Shown: one piece after another, positions 15,647 to 17,609 of the stretch
How the letters are laid out: each line of letters begins with the position of its first letter
Numbering within the stretch: position 1 is the first letter of the stretch
Virus record (IMG/VR): IMGVR_UViG_3300006734_000990
Length of the DNA stretch: 17,609 nt
DNA from: a virus
Lineage: Duplodnaviria > Heunggongvirae > Uroviricota > Caudoviricetes
Reading direction: 5' to 3' (one strand)
Notes under the pieces: generated by a model
The model's input: only the letters and a program-made list of their open reading frames with translations
Database searches by the model: none
What the model was told of the DNA's origin: nothing
Program-made: the position numbers and the translations under genes

Positions 15647-15674
15647 TTGCGAAAAACAAAAAACCGTATACTTG
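15647..15674 (+). promoter_or_regulatory. Putative promoter TTGCGA-N16-TACTTG (TATACT also present at N14; TTGCGAAAA motif copy)
   Basis: Plus strand TTGCGAAAAACAAAAAACCGTATACTTG-TGAGAA-ATG. Confidence 0.65.
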
Positions 15675-15680
15675 TGAGAA

Positions 15681-16355
15681 ATGTCAATTCAAGGTGCATC
15701 AATGCAAGATCAAACGGACCCCAACGGCGCGTTGCAGGACATGAGTATTCTGTCAGACACTGCGCCCTTGATGATCATCGGCAATCGCAGTCGGACATGT
15801 GAGCAGGCGCTCTTTCAGAACGGACATCTGATTATGGATGTCTATGAAGAACTGCATGGCACCAAGGGCGTCGCACTTTTGGGGGCGATGGCCGAGCGCG
15901 CAGCAGCTGAGATAGGCAAGCCCATCACATACGCTTGGGTGCCTCAAGAAGAATATCTCGACTGCTTGGGGTATACGCCATTCGACGACATGGCTGAACT
16001 GATCCGCTCGGCCTGGGATAAGGATACCGCGCTGGGCAGCGACTGGACAGAAGACCAGCCTTCTCAGGGGCAAGCCGCAGCAACCGCGATCCTTGTGAAT
16101 GACTTGACCGCCATGCCCGTGATCCGCGGGCGCGCTCTGCGCCCAGATGGCACGGTCGTGATGCATTACTGGAACCAGGGCCTGGACTTGACGGCGGATC
16201 AATTTCCCGAAGGAACAGCTATCAGCGCAACGCCAGGCTTGCAGGGCAGGGCGGTGCGTGACTATCTCACGGCCTTCAACCCTGTCTTTGAGCGCTATGC
16301 GGCTCTGCGGGAGCGTTTCCATGAGGCCCGCCGCAGACAGCAACCTGCATCATGA
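15681..16355 (+). CDS. Hypothetical 224-aa protein (alternative start at 15702)
   Basis: Long ORF with globular composition. It converges on the deacetylase gene with a 6-nt overlap (TCATGA). Confidence 0.8.
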   Translation: MSIQGASMQDQTDPNGALQDMSILSDTAPLMIIGNRSRTCEQALFQNGHLIMDVYEELHGTKGVALLGAMAERAAAEIGKPITYAWVPQEEYLDCLGYTPFDDMAELIRSAWDKDTALGSDWTEDQPSQGQAAATAILVNDLTAMPVIRGRALRPDGTVVMHYWNQGLDLTADQFPEGTAISATPGLQGRAVRDYLTAFNPVFERYAALRERFHEARRRQQPAS

Positions 16356-17609
16356 AAAATCGTTGGACCGGCCGGGGTTGAACCCGGCAACCCGCTTTGC
16401 CTCAGCCTCGAGGCGAATGATCATATCGATTGGCAGCTGGCCCAGGTCATTTGCCTCATTGACCAGCGCGGTCAGGGGGTCACGGCTGATCAGCTTGATG
16501 AACTCGGGCACAGTGTAGAGGAACTGTCCCGTGGCTGTTTCCTCGATCCAAAGCCGCCCGCCCACTTTCGTGACCTTCAACGCCTCCTGTCCGGGATGGG
16601 GCATGTTGCTGTAGCCCCCAAGATGCGGCGCCCGCCACCCCATTAGGTTCGTGGACGGGATTGTGCCTGGCGACGCGCAGGTAACGTCAAGCTCGGTCAG
16701 CTCAGCGGCATAGGCCGCGATCCCATGTTTGAGCACCTGCAGGTCATAGCCACCCTCCAGGATCGACAATACCCGACCGTGGCAAATCTCATCTGCAAGC
16801 TCGGCGATCCGTTTTCCAAGCCAGCTGTAATCTTCCATCGTCCAGTTGAGCCCTGACAGAGGATCATCGGCATGAGCATCAAATCCTGCCGAGACAATGA
16901 TCAGATCAGGTCCGAACTCGGCAACCTCATCGAAGATGTCTGACCAAGCTTCACGCATCGTGGCGCTGCCGCTGCCTTTGTCGAGCGGCATATTGATAAT
17001 CTCCCCCATGCCGCCTGTCTCTTCGGGCAGTCCCGTGCCCGGCCAATTGCCCTTCTCATGGGTCGAAGCAAAAAGCGTATCCTGTTCGTCCCAAAGGATA
17101 TTTTGCGAGCCATTGCCGTGATGCAAGTCCACGTCAAGTAAAGCCACACGCGCGCCATGATGCTTGCGCGCATCCAGTGCCGCCCAGGCCGCCGTACCCA
17201 GAAGACAAAACCCCATACCTGCGTTTTTGGTGGCATGGTGGCCGGGTGGCCGGGCGATGACAAAGGCGGTTGCCGTTTTGCCCGACATGATCTCAGCCGT
17301 TGCTGCCCGTGCTCCGCCCAGGGCTGTTAAAGCAGCATCCAGGGTTGTTTCCGACAAGACTGTATCGCCACCATCAAGTTGATGCGCCCGGGTCCGGCTG
17401 AAATCTGCATCCGAGATCATGGCCAGATAGGTGCTGTCATGCGCAATCTCAGCTTCAGCCAGCAGCACCGGCGCTGCATGGTGCCAGCTCAGCTTTCCCT
17501 CGGGCAGCTGCAGCATCCCTGAAAGGGCCGCCATTTGCCGATGCGGCCGTTCTGGATGGCCAGGCTTGGAAGGGTGGATGTAACCTTTAGGCTGATAATG
17601 GATTTGCAT
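16350..17609 (-). CDS. Zn-dependent histone deacetylase-family protein with a ~110-aa C-terminal extension
   Basis: GHPE, RPPGHH, GFC, DVDLHHGNG, SAGFD and EGGY are all present. The ATG is at the last base of the window and the N-terminus looks full length, but upstream signals are not visible. Confidence 0.95.
   Translation of the reverse strand: MQIHYQPKGYIHPSKPGHPERPHRQMAALSGMLQLPEGKLSWHHAAPVLLAEAEIAHDSTYLAMISDADFSRTRAHQLDGGDTVLSETTLDAALTALGGARAATAEIMSGKTATAFVIARPPGHHATKNAGMGFCLLGTAAWAALDARKHHGARVALLDVDLHHGNGSQNILWDEQDTLFASTHEKGNWPGTGLPEETGGMGEIINMPLDKGSGSATMREAWSDIFDEVAEFGPDLIIVSAGFDAHADDPLSGLNWTMEDYSWLGKRIAELADEICHGRVLSILEGGYDLQVLKHGIAAYAAELTELDVTCASPGTIPSTNLMGWRAPHLGGYSNMPHPGQEALKVTKVGGRLWIEETATGQFLYTVPEFIKLISRDPLTALVNEANDLGQLPIDMIIRLEAEAKRVAGFNPGRSNDFS

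Noticed and set aside
16350-16355. 6-nt overlap of convergent genes (TCATGA)
   Set aside because: This is common compact packing with no evidence of a regulatory role.
16371-16388. GCCGGGTTCAACCCCGGC (minus strand), resembling a tRNA T-arm or attachment-site remnant
   Set aside because: The stem does not pair in tRNA register, there is no D-arm or anticodon arm, and it lies in the deacetylase coding tail. No U-tract supports a terminator role either.

Overview
The window is gene-dense and moderately GC-rich. It looks like accessory DNA from an alphaproteobacterium, probably Rhodobacteraceae-like, judging by the style of the SDR, BI-1/YccA, HDAC and Fic homologues. It could be a megaplasmid, chromid or large integrated or phage-like element, but no replication, conjugation, integrase, capsid, transposase, rRNA, tRNA or CRISPR hallmark is visible, so the element type cannot be fixed. 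About 21 CDS are supported. Recognisable families: a 5'-truncated SDR, a class II Fic protein, a DUF805 membrane protein, a TPR plus degenerate sulfotransferase-like protein, a secreted peptidoglycan-binding protein, FtsH next to BI-1/YccA, and an HDAC-family deacetylase with a C-terminal extension. The rest are hypotheticals, including a HicA-like/disordered-linker/wHTH fusion and two small ORFs below the ORF-track cut-off. The strongest unexplained signal is the 9-mer TTGCGAAAA. I counted 8 exact copies by eye, 7 of them intergenic and each pointing into the adjacent gene, plus two near copies. It behaves like a shared extended -35 element. At three sites (two of them near copies) it sits 34-36 nt before an ATG with no strong SD, which suggests leaderless mRNAs. 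This points to an element-wide promoter class or regulon driving mostly monocistronic modules for protein modification, proteolysis and membrane functions. All family calls come from motif recognition, not database searches.
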